Below, piece after piece: positions 23,747-32,969 of a stretch of DNA of 64,000 nucleotides. The notes beneath the pieces are model-generated. The model did not search any database. It was not told the origin of the DNA and saw only the letters and a program-made list of their open reading frames with translations. Every line of letters begins with the position of its first letter. The stretch's first letter is position 1. Location: NCBI GenBank assembly GCA_028819565.1, contig JAPPLD010000029.1, positions 34,998 to 98,997 of the forward strand, written 5' to 3'. Made by a program: the position numbers and the translations under genes. This DNA is from Gammaproteobacteria bacterium (GTDB lineage: Bacteria; Pseudomonadota; Gammaproteobacteria; Poriferisulfidales; Poriferisulfidaceae).

Positions 23747-24996
23747 TGGGAGCGGGCCTCCTGCTGGCTTTGCCTCAATTTGCCGTACTTGAGCAACTCA
23801 AGCGCAGCCTGCACCTGATTATCCTCAAGAATCGTTTCTTTAATCGACTGGTTTGAGTTTTCCGATTCGTCTTTCTCCGGCGCGACGAATTCCACCTCGT
23901 AGTCCGGCTCGATCCCTTTTTCATGGATCGTCTGTCCGGACGGTGTGTAGTAGCGCGCCGTGGTTAGCTTGAGTGCAGCATTCTGGTTGTCCAGCGGCAC
24001 CAGGGTCTGCACCGATCCCTTGCCGAACGTGCGCGTGCCGAGTAACTTCGCCCGCCCGTTGTCCCGCAAGGCGCCAGCCACGATTTCGGAGGCTGAGGCC
24101 GACCCCCCGTTGATCAGAACGACGACCGGTACGCCACCCGTCTGATCGCCGCTGCCAGCGTGTTCCTGAACATTCGACTTCTCCGTGCGCCCTCGAGTGG
24201 AAACGATCAATTGCTTATGACTCAAGAAGGCATCCGAAATCTCGATTGCCGCAGTGAACAACCCTCCCGGGTTATTGCGGAGGTCCAGAACGATCCCTTG
24301 CAGTTCATGATCCGATTCGTCCTGCAGTTGCTCCAAGTAATCCATGAAATCAGCGCTGGTGCGGAGCTGAAAGTTGCTGATTCGGAGGTAGGCGTAACCG
24401 GGTTCCAAGGCCTGCCCGCGCACGCTCTGCACTTTAATGATGGCCCGCGTGATCTCCACCTCGAAAGGCTCCTCGGCATCCTCGCGGGAAACGGTCAGGG
24501 TAATGGTGGTCCCGGGCTTTCCGCGCATGATCTGCACGGCATCATGCAGGGTCAGGTCGTGCACCGGCTCCCCGTCCAGTTCCAGAATCATGTCGCCGCT
24601 GAGGATCCCCGCGCGCTGGGCCGGCGTGTCGTCAATCGGCGAGACGACCTTGATCGCGCTGTCGTCCTTGTCCTTGGTGACTACGATGCCAAGTCCACCG
24701 AATTCCCCGGATGTTGTGACTTCCCAATCGTCCAGTTCTTCACGATCCAAGTAAGTCGTGTAAGGGTCGAGCTTGGAGGCCATGCCGCGCATGGCGTTGC
24801 GCATCAGGGTGCTGTCGTCGACTTCATCGACGTATTGGCGCTTGATCAGCGCGAAAGCCTCGGAAAAGTTTCGCAGTTCCTGCAATGAGACAGATGCCTG
24901 GCTGTCCGGCTTCGCGATAACTGCATGACCCAATGCGCCTGCGACCACCAACAACAGGGCCGGAATTAGCAGTCCAGAGGGGGGAATTTTGGGCAT
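23743..24996 (-). CDS. ctpA: carboxy-terminal processing (S41) protease
   Basis: From ORF 23743..25035, with the internal ATG at 24996 giving a signal-anchor. It has a PDZ region (GGLGIVV...GILSGDMILELDG), a Ser motif GGSASASEIVAGAL and a Lys motif TFGKGSVQ. Confidence 0.88.
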   Translation of the reverse strand: MPKIPPSGLLIPALLLVVAGALGHAVIAKPDSQASVSLQELRNFSEAFALIKRQYVDEVDDSTLMRNAMRGMASKLDPYTTYLDREELDDWEVTTSGEFGGLGIVVTKDKDDSAIKVVSPIDDTPAQRAGILSGDMILELDGEPVHDLTLHDAVQIMRGKPGTTITLTVSREDAEEPFEVEITRAIIKVQSVRGQALEPGYAYLRISNFQLRTSADFMDYLEQLQDESDHELQGIVLDLRNNPGGLFTAAIEISDAFLSHKQLIVSTRGRTEKSNVQEHAGSGDQTGGVPVVVLINGGSASASEIVAGALRDNGRAKLLGTRTFGKGSVQTLVPLDNQNAALKLTTARYYTPSGQTIHEKGIEPDYEVEFVAPEKDESENSNQSIKETILEDNQVQAALELLKYGKLRQSQQEARSQ

Positions 24997-25169
24997 AATT
25001 CCTGAAAAAATGGCGGAAAAGGCATTGTAGAGCAATACTTGAATGCGTCAAACCTTCACTTATCGACCTCAAGCTAGAAGAAAGGCCGGTTACAGACCGG
25101 AATGACGGCTCGAAATCAAGATAAAGCTAATGGTATGTTCGAATTTTCTAATGTTAGAATGTTTTGGCT

Positions 25170-25496
25170 ATGGCCGCCCGGATCCCCGTGCCCGAATCCC
25201 TGCATGCGCTTGACGACGATATCGAACGCGCTTGCCACGCGGTCAAGGGACTTTCGCATCCGATCCGACTCAAAGTCCTCTGCGTGCTGGGCGACAACGA
25301 AATGTCGGTCAACGACCTGGCGGCCGCCTGCGAAACTTCGCAAAGCAATATCTCGCAGCATCTGAGCATCCTCCGACAATGCGGCATCCTGGCTACCCGC
25401 AAGGAGGCCAACTTCGTACACTACCGGATCAACGATCCGCGCATGATCCAGTTGATGAACCTGATGCGTGACATGTTCTGTTCGCAGGCACACTGA
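25170..25496 (+). CDS. ArsR/SmtB-family winged-helix transcriptional regulator
   Basis: It reads LSHPIRLKVLCVLGDNEMSVNDLAAACETSQSNISQHLSILRQCGILATRKEANFVHYRI. The ATG at 25170 follows the TTG at 25164. Confidence 0.85.
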   Translation: MAARIPVPESLHALDDDIERACHAVKGLSHPIRLKVLCVLGDNEMSVNDLAAACETSQSNISQHLSILRQCGILATRKEANFVHYRINDPRMIQLMNLMRDMFCSQAH

Positions 25497-25507
25497 ATAT
25501 TGGCTTA

Positions 25508-25933
25508 ATGCAGGAATATTTGGACTTCGCGATGCGTCACCCGTTCCTGATGGGAGCGGTCACGGCATTGGTCGTCATGATCGCGGTGACCGAAATACGC
25601 CGCTTGTCACGTCGATACAAGGAGATCACTGCTGCACAGGCCGTGCAACTGATGAACCGGGAGTCGGCGTGGCTACTGGACGTACGGGAAGACCAGGAAG
25701 TCAAGGGCAGCGTCATTCCGAATTCCCAGCACATCGCGCTCAGTGAACTGCCGAAGCGTATCGAGGAGCTGAAAGGACAGGAAGGACCGGTGATCGCCTA
25801 TTGCCGGACCGGGATGCAGGCGCATCAAGCCTGCAAGATGCTGGTGCGAGAGGGATTGGACCCCGTCTACAACCTGAAAGGTGGGATTGGCGGCTGGCAG
25901 GAAGCCGGAATGCCGCTGGAGGCCAGTCCGTGA
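25508..25933 (+). CDS. membrane-anchored rhodanese-domain protein (YibN-like)
   Basis: 141 aa with an N-terminal TM (FLMGAVTALVVMIAV). The rhodanese active-site loop is AYCRTGMQA. It sits in the conserved position upstream of grxC-secB-gpsA. Confidence 0.8.
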   Translation: MQEYLDFAMRHPFLMGAVTALVVMIAVTEIRRLSRRYKEITAAQAVQLMNRESAWLLDVREDQEVKGSVIPNSQHIALSELPKRIEELKGQEGPVIAYCRTGMQAHQACKMLVREGLDPVYNLKGGIGGWQEAGMPLEASP

Positions 25934-26202
25934 CCCCACCCGAAGTCGTGCTCTACACGGGTCCCGCCTGCCCGTACTGCGAACGCGCCAAGATGCTGCT
26001 GGAACGCAAGGGGGTTTCCTATCAGGAAATCCGCGTGGATCGGGACCCCGGGGGATTCTCCACTATGCTGGAGCGTAGCGGCGGGCGCCGGTCCGTGCCG
26101 CAAATTTTCATCGGGGACTATCATGTAGGCGGTTTCGACGACATGTCCGCACTCAACCTGGAAGGCAAGCTGGATCCGCTATTGGCGGGAGAGCCGGCGT
26201 GA
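25930..26202 (+). CDS. grxC: glutaredoxin 3
   Basis: The GTG at 25930 overlaps the upstream stop. It reads VTPPEVVLYTGPACPYCERAKMLL (CPYC) ...SVPQIFIGDYHVGGFDD. Confidence 0.9.
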   Translation: MTPPEVVLYTGPACPYCERAKMLLERKGVSYQEIRVDRDPGGFSTMLERSGGRRSVPQIFIGDYHVGGFDDMSALNLEGKLDPLLAGEPA

Positions 26203-26726
26203 CGAAGAAATCTGCCCCCCTCTCCGGCAAAGGCGCAACCCGGACGAGACGCATGCAATTTGTGGAACACCATGGCAGTTCGACGTTCGCAGTCGAGCAC
26301 ATCTGCCTACGCCACGCCGAATTCAAGACGGTGCGCGAACCCGGGGAGCTTGTTGAGGGCCAGTTCGAAACCAAGGCGCGGATCAGCAACGAAACGGTCT
26401 CGCTGGATGACGATCGCCATTCGGTCTCCCTGATTGTCAACGTGACGCGCTTGGAGGATGAGACGGAGGTATTCAGTTGCGAGGTTTGCTATACCGGCGT
26501 TTTCCTGATCCAAGGCTTGTCCGATGAGAAGGGTCATGAACTGCTGATGACCCGGTGCCTGGACATGCTCTACCCGTACATCAGTTCGACGATTGCACAA
26601 CTGGCGAGCCAGGCTGGTTTCCAGGGCCTGCAACTCGTTCCCATCAGTTTCGGGGCGTTGTACCGGAGCGAGCAGCGCGAAAAACAGCAGTGGGAAGACA
26701 TCCAGGACAAGGTGGTTCGCCACTGA
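26199..26726 (+). CDS. secB: protein-export chaperone SecB
   Basis: 175 aa and collinear with SecB (…FSCEVCYTGVFLIQG…LYPYISSTIAQLASQAGFQGLQLVPISFGALY). The start is uncertain: GTG at 26199 or a downstream Met. Confidence 0.88.
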   Translation: MTKKSAPLSGKGATRTRRMQFVEHHGSSTFAVEHICLRHAEFKTVREPGELVEGQFETKARISNETVSLDDDRHSVSLIVNVTRLEDETEVFSCEVCYTGVFLIQGLSDEKGHELLMTRCLDMLYPYISSTIAQLASQAGFQGLQLVPISFGALYRSEQREKQQWEDIQDKVVRH

Positions 26727-26736
26727 CATCCCCGGC

Positions 26737-27729
26737 ATGAAAATTTCGATTCTGGGGCAGGGCGCATGGGGCACGGCGCTCGCCTTTCACGTATCCCAGG
26801 CCCATGCGGTGCGTTGGTGGGGCCGCGACCCGACCCGATGCCAGACACTGGCCAGCACTCGATTAAATGAGGCTGCCCTCCCGGGTTGCGTTATTCCGGA
26901 TTCCATCCAGATCACGGAGGACATCCAAGCCTGCGTGGAAGGTTGCGACTGGGTCGTCATGGCCGTACCGGTTGCGGCAACGGCCGAAGTCGCCGCACAA
27001 CTGGAACCAGTCTCCCGGTTCGGGCTGATCTGGACCTGTAAGGGAATGGATTCGGACAGCGGCCAGCTGCCCGGTGAGATCCTAAATGACGTCTTGGGGC
27101 CGGGAACGCGGCGCGCCGTCCTGTCAGGGCCTTCTTTTGCGGACGACCTTGCGGCAGGGCTGCCAGCGGCCGCAGTCATGGCAGCGACAGACCCGGAGGT
27201 CGCCGAGGCGGCAGCCACGGTGTTTCATCATGGTCCGTTTCGAATCTATCCGGGAACGGATCCGGTCGGTGTCCAACTCGGCGGCGCGGTGAAAAACGTC
27301 CTGGCGATCGCTGCCGGCATTGCGCACGGGCTGCGGCTTGGCGACAGTGCCCGCGCTGCGTTGATCACCCGCGGCATCAACGAAATGATGGTGCTGGGCA
27401 AGGCACTGGGAGCGAACCAGTCCACCTTATCCGGCCTGTCCGGCCTGGGTGACCTTGTGTTGACCTGCTCCAGCGCCCATTCGCGCAACTTTCGCCTGGG
27501 CCAACTGATCGGCGAGGGTCAATCAGTTGAACAGGCCAGCACCACGATCGGGCAGGTCACCGAGGGACGGTACACCGCCCTCGCGTTGTCTCGGCTAAGT
27601 CAGGATCATGGGCTGGAACTGCCCATCTGCGAACAGGTTCGGCAGGTGCTGGCGGGGGCTATCCGCCCAGCCCAAGCAGTCGAGGCCTTGCTGACACGTC
27701 CGGCCAAGTTCGAGGTTCTGCATGCCTGA
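26737..27729 (+). CDS. gpsA: NAD(P)H-dependent glycerol-3-phosphate dehydrogenase
   Basis: Uses the internal ATG at 26737 of ORF 26593..27729. It starts MKISILGQGAWGTALA (GxGxxG) and contains GVQLGGAVKNVLAIAAG. Confidence 0.92.
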   Translation: MKISILGQGAWGTALAFHVSQAHAVRWWGRDPTRCQTLASTRLNEAALPGCVIPDSIQITEDIQACVEGCDWVVMAVPVAATAEVAAQLEPVSRFGLIWTCKGMDSDSGQLPGEILNDVLGPGTRRAVLSGPSFADDLAAGLPAAAVMAATDPEVAEAAATVFHHGPFRIYPGTDPVGVQLGGAVKNVLAIAAGIAHGLRLGDSARAALITRGINEMMVLGKALGANQSTLSGLSGLGDLVLTCSSAHSRNFRLGQLIGEGQSVEQASTTIGQVTEGRYTALALSRLSQDHGLELPICEQVRQVLAGAIRPAQAVEALLTRPAKFEVLHA

Positions 27730-28675
27730 CAAAGACCCGCTTTCCATAGATTTTTCCGGCCTGTCCCTGAAGACCCCTTTGGTCCTGCTCTCGGGCTGCG
27801 TCGGTTTCGGCGACGAGTACACCCGGGTCGAAGGCTTTTCGCACGACGAGATCGGAGCGATTTGTCTCAAGGGAACCACCCTCGAACCGCGACTGGGCAA
27901 CCGACCGCACCGGCTGGCGGAAACCCCGGACGGCCTATTGAACTCGATTGGTCTGCAGAACCCCGGCGTGGATGCGGTCATCCGTGATGTACTGCCGACC
28001 CTGGACTTCTCCGCCACCCGCTTCCTCGCTAACGTATCCGGAGCCACCGTCGAGGAATACGCCGAGGTCACGCGGCGCTTCGACGACTCTCCGATCGATG
28101 GCATCGAGGTCAACATTTCGTGTCCCAACGTCAAGGCCGGCGGCATGGAATTCGGCAATGACCCGAAAATGTCGGCGGTCGTGGTTGATGCCTGCCGAAA
28201 GGCGACCTCCAAGCCGCTGATTATCAAAATGTCGCCGAATCAGACCGACATTCGTGCCAATACGCGCGCCTGCCTGGAAGCGGGGGCTGACGCATTCGCG
28301 GTCATCAACACGGTCTCCGGCATGGCCATCGACGCCGAGTCCCGTTCCGCCGTGCTGGGTGCAAAACAGGGAGGGCTATCCGGGCCTGCCATCAAACCCA
28401 TCGCCCTCCTCAAAGTGCATGAGGTCCATCAGGAAACCGCAGCCCACGGCATTCCGATCATCGGCCAAGGGGGCGTGGTTTCGACAACGGACGCGCTGGA
28501 ATTCCTGATCGCCGGCGCTTCGGCGGTGGGGGTCGGCACCGGGCTGTTCTATGACCCGCTGGCCTGCCGTTCGATCAACGAGGGTATCCGCGATTACCTG
28601 CTGTGCCACGACCTTGGTTCGGTCGCGGAACTGACCGGCACCCTGGATTTTAGCGACGCTCAGTCTTCCGAGTAG
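27722..28675 (+). CDS. pyrD: class 1 (1B-like catalytic subunit) dihydroorotate dehydrogenase
   Basis: 317 aa. The active-site region is IEVNISCPNVKAGGMEFGNDP, with Cys as in class 1 enzymes rather than the class 2 Ser. It also reads GGLSGPAIKPIAL and IIGQGGV. There is no N-terminal membrane-association extension. The start overlaps the gpsA end by 8 nt. Confidence 0.8.
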   Translation: MPDKDPLSIDFSGLSLKTPLVLLSGCVGFGDEYTRVEGFSHDEIGAICLKGTTLEPRLGNRPHRLAETPDGLLNSIGLQNPGVDAVIRDVLPTLDFSATRFLANVSGATVEEYAEVTRRFDDSPIDGIEVNISCPNVKAGGMEFGNDPKMSAVVVDACRKATSKPLIIKMSPNQTDIRANTRACLEAGADAFAVINTVSGMAIDAESRSAVLGAKQGGLSGPAIKPIALLKVHEVHQETAAHGIPIIGQGGVVSTTDALEFLIAGASAVGVGTGLFYDPLACRSINEGIRDYLLCHDLGSVAELTGTLDFSDAQSSE

Positions 28676-29520
28676 CCGAGCCGCTCAAGCAGGCCCTGTA
28701 ACGAATCATCGCTGCTGTAATGCAGCACCAGGTTGCCGCCTTTTTTCCCGGGACGGAGGGTAACCGAGCACCCCAGATAATCTGACAGCCGTTGCTGTAG
28801 ACGCATCAAGTCCGGGTCCGGCTCCGAAGCGCTGGGAGATTTGGCTTTCTTGGTTTTCTGCGCCCGGCGCTCCGTCGCCCGAACCGACAAGTCCTCGTCC
28901 TGAATAGATTGAGCCAGTTTTTTCTGGCGATTGGCCGGCAAGGGCACTAGGACCCGAGCGTGCCCCATGCTGATCTTGCCGTCCCGGACCAACTGTTGGA
29001 CTTCCGGGCAAAGTTCGAGCAAGCGAATCAGGTTGGTGACGGTGGCGCGCGCCCGGCCGACCTGCTCGGCAACTTGCTCATGAGTCTGATTCAGACGTTC
29101 GGCCAGCCCGCGTAATGCCTGGGCCTCATCGATGGGGTTGAGATCTTCCCGTTGGATGTTTTCGACCAGAGTAATTGTCGCGGCCTCATCGTCGGACAAG
29201 TCGCGGACGATCGCCGGCAGGGATTCGAGTCCAGCGGCACGAGCAGCGCGTAGCCTCCGTTCCCCCGCCACCAGCTCGTATTGCCCCCCGACCCGGCGCA
29301 CCACGACCGGTTGGATCGCGCCACGCTCCTTCAGCGAGGCAGCCAAAGACTCGATCGCTTGATCGTCGAATTGAGTTCGCGGCTGGTACGGACTCGTGCG
29401 TAACCGATTCAGCGGGATGTCCTGAAGTTCCGAATCGTCGCGTTCATTAACCGGCTCGGGCCGAGAGCTCAAGAGGGCATCAACCCCTGCTCCCAAGCGG
29501 CGTTTCGGAGGATTGCTCAT
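28660..29520 (-). CDS. parB: chromosome partitioning protein ParB
   Basis: 286 aa. It reads IPLNRLRTSPYQPRTQF and YELVAGERRLRAARAAGL, followed by an HTH region. Confidence 0.93.
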   Translation of the reverse strand: MSNPPKRRLGAGVDALLSSRPEPVNERDDSELQDIPLNRLRTSPYQPRTQFDDQAIESLAASLKERGAIQPVVVRRVGGQYELVAGERRLRAARAAGLESLPAIVRDLSDDEAATITLVENIQREDLNPIDEAQALRGLAERLNQTHEQVAEQVGRARATVTNLIRLLELCPEVQQLVRDGKISMGHARVLVPLPANRQKKLAQSIQDEDLSVRATERRAQKTKKAKSPSASEPDPDLMRLQQRLSDYLGCSVTLRPGKKGGNLVLHYSSDDSLQGLLERLGYSED

Positions 29521-30296
29521 AGGGTGAAACCGGATTCGGAGCGTTCGCGGCGCAGGATTTCGCCCGCCAACATCAGATATGCGACAGCGCCCCGGCTCGA
29601 CGGGTCGTAGGACGAAACCGGCCGCCCGTGACTGGGAGCTTCGGCCAACGTGACATTGCGAGGGATCATGGTGCGATAAACCTGTTCGCCAAAATGTTCT
29701 ATAAGTGCTTCGGAAACTTCGTGGGATAGTTTATTGCGTGGGTCGTACATGGTACGCAGGATTCCCGCGATGGCAAGTTTCTGGTTCGCTTGGCGAGAAA
29801 TCTGGGTGATGGTGTCAAGCAAGGCGCTCAACCCCTCCAAAGCGTAGAACTCGCACTGGGTCGGTACAATCACACGGTCGGCAACCACTAGGGCGTTGAT
29901 CGTCAGGATGTTCAACGACGGGGGACAATCGACAAGAATGTAGTCGTCCGTGCAATCAACCAGCGCTTCACGCAGCCGATACTCGCGCTGGTCTTCCGCC
30001 ACTAGGCGCACTTCGGCTTCGGTCAGGTCGGGCCCGGCCGGCACCAAGTCGAATCCCCCGTGGGGTGCGGCTATGCGCACTTCGGCAATCGGAGCACCTT
30101 CCAGCAGAATATCCGCGCAGCTTTGCGCCAAGTCGTTCTTGTTCAAGCCGCAACCGGTCGTGGCATTGCCTTGGGGATCCAAGTCGACTAGCAAGACCTT
30201 TTTGCCGGCAGAGGTCAGCGAAGCCGCCAAGTTGATGGCAGTAGTGGTTTTACCGACTCCGCCTTTCTGGTTACAGATGGCGAATACCTGGGTCAT
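29517..30296 (-). CDS. parA: chromosome partitioning ATPase ParA (Soj)
   Basis: Uses the internal ATG at 30296 of ORF 29517..30395. It starts MTQVFAICNQKGGVGKTTTAINLA (deviant Walker A). Confidence 0.93.
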   Translation of the reverse strand: MTQVFAICNQKGGVGKTTTAINLAASLTSAGKKVLLVDLDPQGNATTGCGLNKNDLAQSCADILLEGAPIAEVRIAAPHGGFDLVPAGPDLTEAEVRLVAEDQREYRLREALVDCTDDYILVDCPPSLNILTINALVVADRVIVPTQCEFYALEGLSALLDTITQISRQANQKLAIAGILRTMYDPRNKLSHEVSEALIEHFGEQVYRTMIPRNVTLAEAPSHGRPVSSYDPSSRGAVAYLMLAGEILRRERSESGFTL

Positions 30297-31042
30297 GAGC
30301 CCTCCGCGGCGGCATCCGAGGAGCGAAGCACAACCACTGTTCGAGTCGAAGAGCCGGCAGTCGATTTCTCCAACTTCATGACCGAAGCGTTCCACCCTTG
30401 CGGAAGCTCATGCAACTCCCGTTCAATGTCCAGACCCTTCGGAAACAAATAGACTCCCTCTGTACCGATCAGGTGTTCGCTGCTTCGAACAAGTTCCCCC
30501 AGCGAATCCACCGCCCGAGCCATGATGCACTCGAACGGGTCGCCTCGGTAATGTCCGACTTCGCTCGTGACGACCTCAACATTAGGCAGATCCAGTTCCA
30601 ACTTCGCCTGCCGGACGAAGCGGGTTTTCTTGCGGCTGCGGTCGAGCAGCACGAATTGACGTTCGGGGTGGACCACGGCCAATGGCAAGCCTGGCAACCC
30701 GGCGCCAGTGCCAAAATCCAGAATCCGGCGTGCATCAGGCGGAAGAAAACTGGAAAGCACGAGAGAATCCAAGAGGTGCCGCGGCACAATTTCCGGCAGG
30801 GTACGGGCGCCGATCAGGTTGTACGCCCGGTTCCACTGCGCGACAAGCCTACAGTAAGTCGACAGGGTCTTGATTTGCGACGAGGAGAGATCCAGCTCGG
30901 AGATTCCCCGAATACCTGCCTTCAATTGGCGTTCCAATACGCTTTCCGACGGCAAGCCGGAAGTCGCGGAAACGGTCCGAGAACGGCGCGTTTGGCGAGA
31001 AGGCTCCCGGGCACGGGAAGGAAGGGCCTTGCCTTCCCCCAT
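30293..31042 (-). CDS. rsmG: 16S rRNA (guanine527-N7)-methyltransferase
   Basis: It reads WNRAYNLIGARTLPEIVPRHLLDSL and ILDFGTGAGLPGLPLAV. The ATG at 31042 abuts the mnmG stop but adds an Arg/Ser-rich extension of about 35 aa. The true start may be further downstream (TTG). Confidence 0.85.
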   Translation of the reverse strand: MGEGKALPSRAREPSRQTRRSRTVSATSGLPSESVLERQLKAGIRGISELDLSSSQIKTLSTYCRLVAQWNRAYNLIGARTLPEIVPRHLLDSLVLSSFLPPDARRILDFGTGAGLPGLPLAVVHPERQFVLLDRSRKKTRFVRQAKLELDLPNVEVVTSEVGHYRGDPFECIMARAVDSLGELVRSSEHLIGTEGVYLFPKGLDIERELHELPQGWNASVMKLEKSTAGSSTRTVVVLRSSDAAAEGS

Positions 31043-31043
31043 G

Positions 31044-32876
31044 TCAGAGAACCTGTTGCCAGTTGCCGTCGGCTTTCAAGTGGATCTTCAGGATCGCGAC
31101 GGCGGCAGGCGTCACTCCGGGAATGCGTGCAGCCTGCCCTAGCGTGGCGGGCCGGCAATGGCTCAACTTTTCTCGCGCCTCGTGAGACAAGGCGGTGATC
31201 GACCGGTAGTCGATTCCCTCCGGCAAGCGGCGGGTTTCATCCTGCTTGAGCCGTTCGATCTCGTGTTGATGCCGACGGATATATCCTTCGTAGCGCAGTT
31301 CGATCTCCGCCTGACGACCGATCTCGGGGCTGGCCGGCTCGTACGCCGGAAGCATCGAGACGGCTTCTGCATAGTTCGTTTCGGGGCGCCGCAGAACATC
31401 GGCCAAACTGTCTTCGCCCAGCCGAGTAGCCCGCAATCGTCCCAATTCCTGCTCCAGTGAATCGCGCCGCTTGCGGAAATGATCCCAGTGCGCGTCGCAG
31501 ACCAAGCCCAACTTGCGCCCGGTCTCGGTCAGGCGCAGATCGGCATTGTCCTCCCGAAGGGTCAAGCGGTATTCGGCACGGCTGGTGAACATGCGGTACG
31601 GCTCATCTACGCCTCGGGTAATCAGGTCATCGACCAGAACACCGGCATAGGCCTCGTCGCGGCGCGGCCACCAAGCCTCACGACCCAAACTTTGGGCCGC
31701 CGCGTTATAACCTGCAAGCAATCCCTGCGCCGCTGCTTCTTCGTAACCGGTTGTGCCGTTGATTTGTCCCGCCAGATACAAGCCGGGCAGGGCCTTGCAC
31801 TGCAAGGTCGGGCGCAATTGTCGCGGGTCGAAGAAATCGTATTCGATAGCATAGCCGTAACGTGTCAGTTTTACCTCTTCAAATCCCGGGATGGTCCGCA
31901 CGAATCGTTCCTGCACTTCGGCAGGCAGGCTGGTAGAGATTCCATTGGGATAAATCACATCGGTATCCAGACCTTCGGGCTCGATGAACACTTGGTGAGA
32001 CGGTCGCTCGGCAAAACGGACCACTTTATCCTCGACCGAGGGGCAATAACGCGGCCCACGGCTGTCAATGGCCCCCGTATGCATCGGAGACTGGTGCAAA
32101 TGTGCGCGAATCAACTCGTGAGTAGCTTCTGTCGTCCGGGTCAGATGGCAGGACACCTGCTGTGGATGCACATCCGGCAGGCTAAGCCGGGACAGCGGCG
32201 GCGGCGGGATTTCGCCCGGCTGGACAGAAGTCTTACTCCAATCAATGGTTTGGCCGTCCAAACGGGGAGGGGTTCCGGTCTTAAGCCGCCCGACATCGGG
32301 CAACAGTTCACGCAATCGATGCGCGAGGAGCAAGGACGGAGGGTCTCCGGCCCGACCTCCCTGAGTCTGTTCAGCCCCGATATGAATCGCGCCATCCAGG
32401 AATGTGCCGGTGGACAACACCACTGCAGATGCCTCGATGCGGTCACCTTCCTCAGTGAGAATGCCGCCTACCTTGCCGTCCCGCACGATCAGGTCGCCAA
32501 CCGCAATCGATCGAACCTCCAGGTTTTGGGCTTCGGTGACGAAGCCCTGGATCGCTTCGCGGTAGAGCTTGCGATCAGTCTGAGCTCGGGTGGCGTGCAC
32601 CGCGGGTCCTTTTCTCCGGTTAAGCACTCGGACATGAATGCCGGCACGATCCGCTGCCTGCGCCATCACTCCGCCCAGCGCATCAATTTCACGCACCAGA
32701 TGGCTTTTCCCGATGCCGCCAATCGCCGGGTTGCAGCTCATTTGTCCGATTCCGTCAAAACGGTGAGTCAAAAGCAGGGTGCGCGCACCAGTGCGCGCAG
32801 ACGCAAGCGCCGCCTCCACGCCGGCGTGGCCGCCGCCGATGACCAAGACGTCCCAGATGCGATTTGTGTCTGTCAT
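31044..32876 (-). CDS. mnmG: tRNA uridine-5-carboxymethylaminomethyl synthesis enzyme MnmG (GidA)
   Basis: 610 aa. It starts MTDTNRIWDVLVIGGGHAGVEAALASAR (FAD fold) and is collinear with MnmG. Confidence 0.96.
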   Translation of the reverse strand: MTDTNRIWDVLVIGGGHAGVEAALASARTGARTLLLTHRFDGIGQMSCNPAIGGIGKSHLVREIDALGGVMAQAADRAGIHVRVLNRRKGPAVHATRAQTDRKLYREAIQGFVTEAQNLEVRSIAVGDLIVRDGKVGGILTEEGDRIEASAVVLSTGTFLDGAIHIGAEQTQGGRAGDPPSLLLAHRLRELLPDVGRLKTGTPPRLDGQTIDWSKTSVQPGEIPPPPLSRLSLPDVHPQQVSCHLTRTTEATHELIRAHLHQSPMHTGAIDSRGPRYCPSVEDKVVRFAERPSHQVFIEPEGLDTDVIYPNGISTSLPAEVQERFVRTIPGFEEVKLTRYGYAIEYDFFDPRQLRPTLQCKALPGLYLAGQINGTTGYEEAAAQGLLAGYNAAAQSLGREAWWPRRDEAYAGVLVDDLITRGVDEPYRMFTSRAEYRLTLREDNADLRLTETGRKLGLVCDAHWDHFRKRRDSLEQELGRLRATRLGEDSLADVLRRPETNYAEAVSMLPAYEPASPEIGRQAEIELRYEGYIRRHQHEIERLKQDETRRLPEGIDYRSITALSHEAREKLSHCRPATLGQAARIPGVTPAAVAILKIHLKADGNWQQVL

Positions 32877-32901
32877 TGCGCCGCTTAATATAGATGCAAT
32901 C

Positions 32902-32930
32902 TGGAAATTCAGGGAAATGTCCGATATAAT
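32902..32930 (+). promoter_or_regulatory. putative sigma70 promoter for the 32976 gene
   Basis: The -35-like TGGAAA (32902-32907) is separated by a 17-nt spacer from a perfect -10 TATAAT (32925-32930). It lies in an AT-rich divergent intergenic region. Confidence 0.35.
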
Positions 32931-32969
32931 AATTTATAAATTACCTTATTTTCGGACATTTATCGGACA
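32915..32969. repeat. 10-bp perfect inverted repeat plus a third direct half-site (TCGGACA motif), a candidate operator
   Basis: AAATGTCCGA (32915-32924) is the reverse complement of TCGGACATTT (32952-32961). A further TCGGACA lies at 32963-32969. The first half-site abuts the -10 TATAAT. Confidence 0.6.

Noticed and set aside
31479-32888. 469-aa plus-strand ORF
   Set aside because: It is antisense to mnmG, has low-complexity R/A/G/Q composition and carries no motifs.
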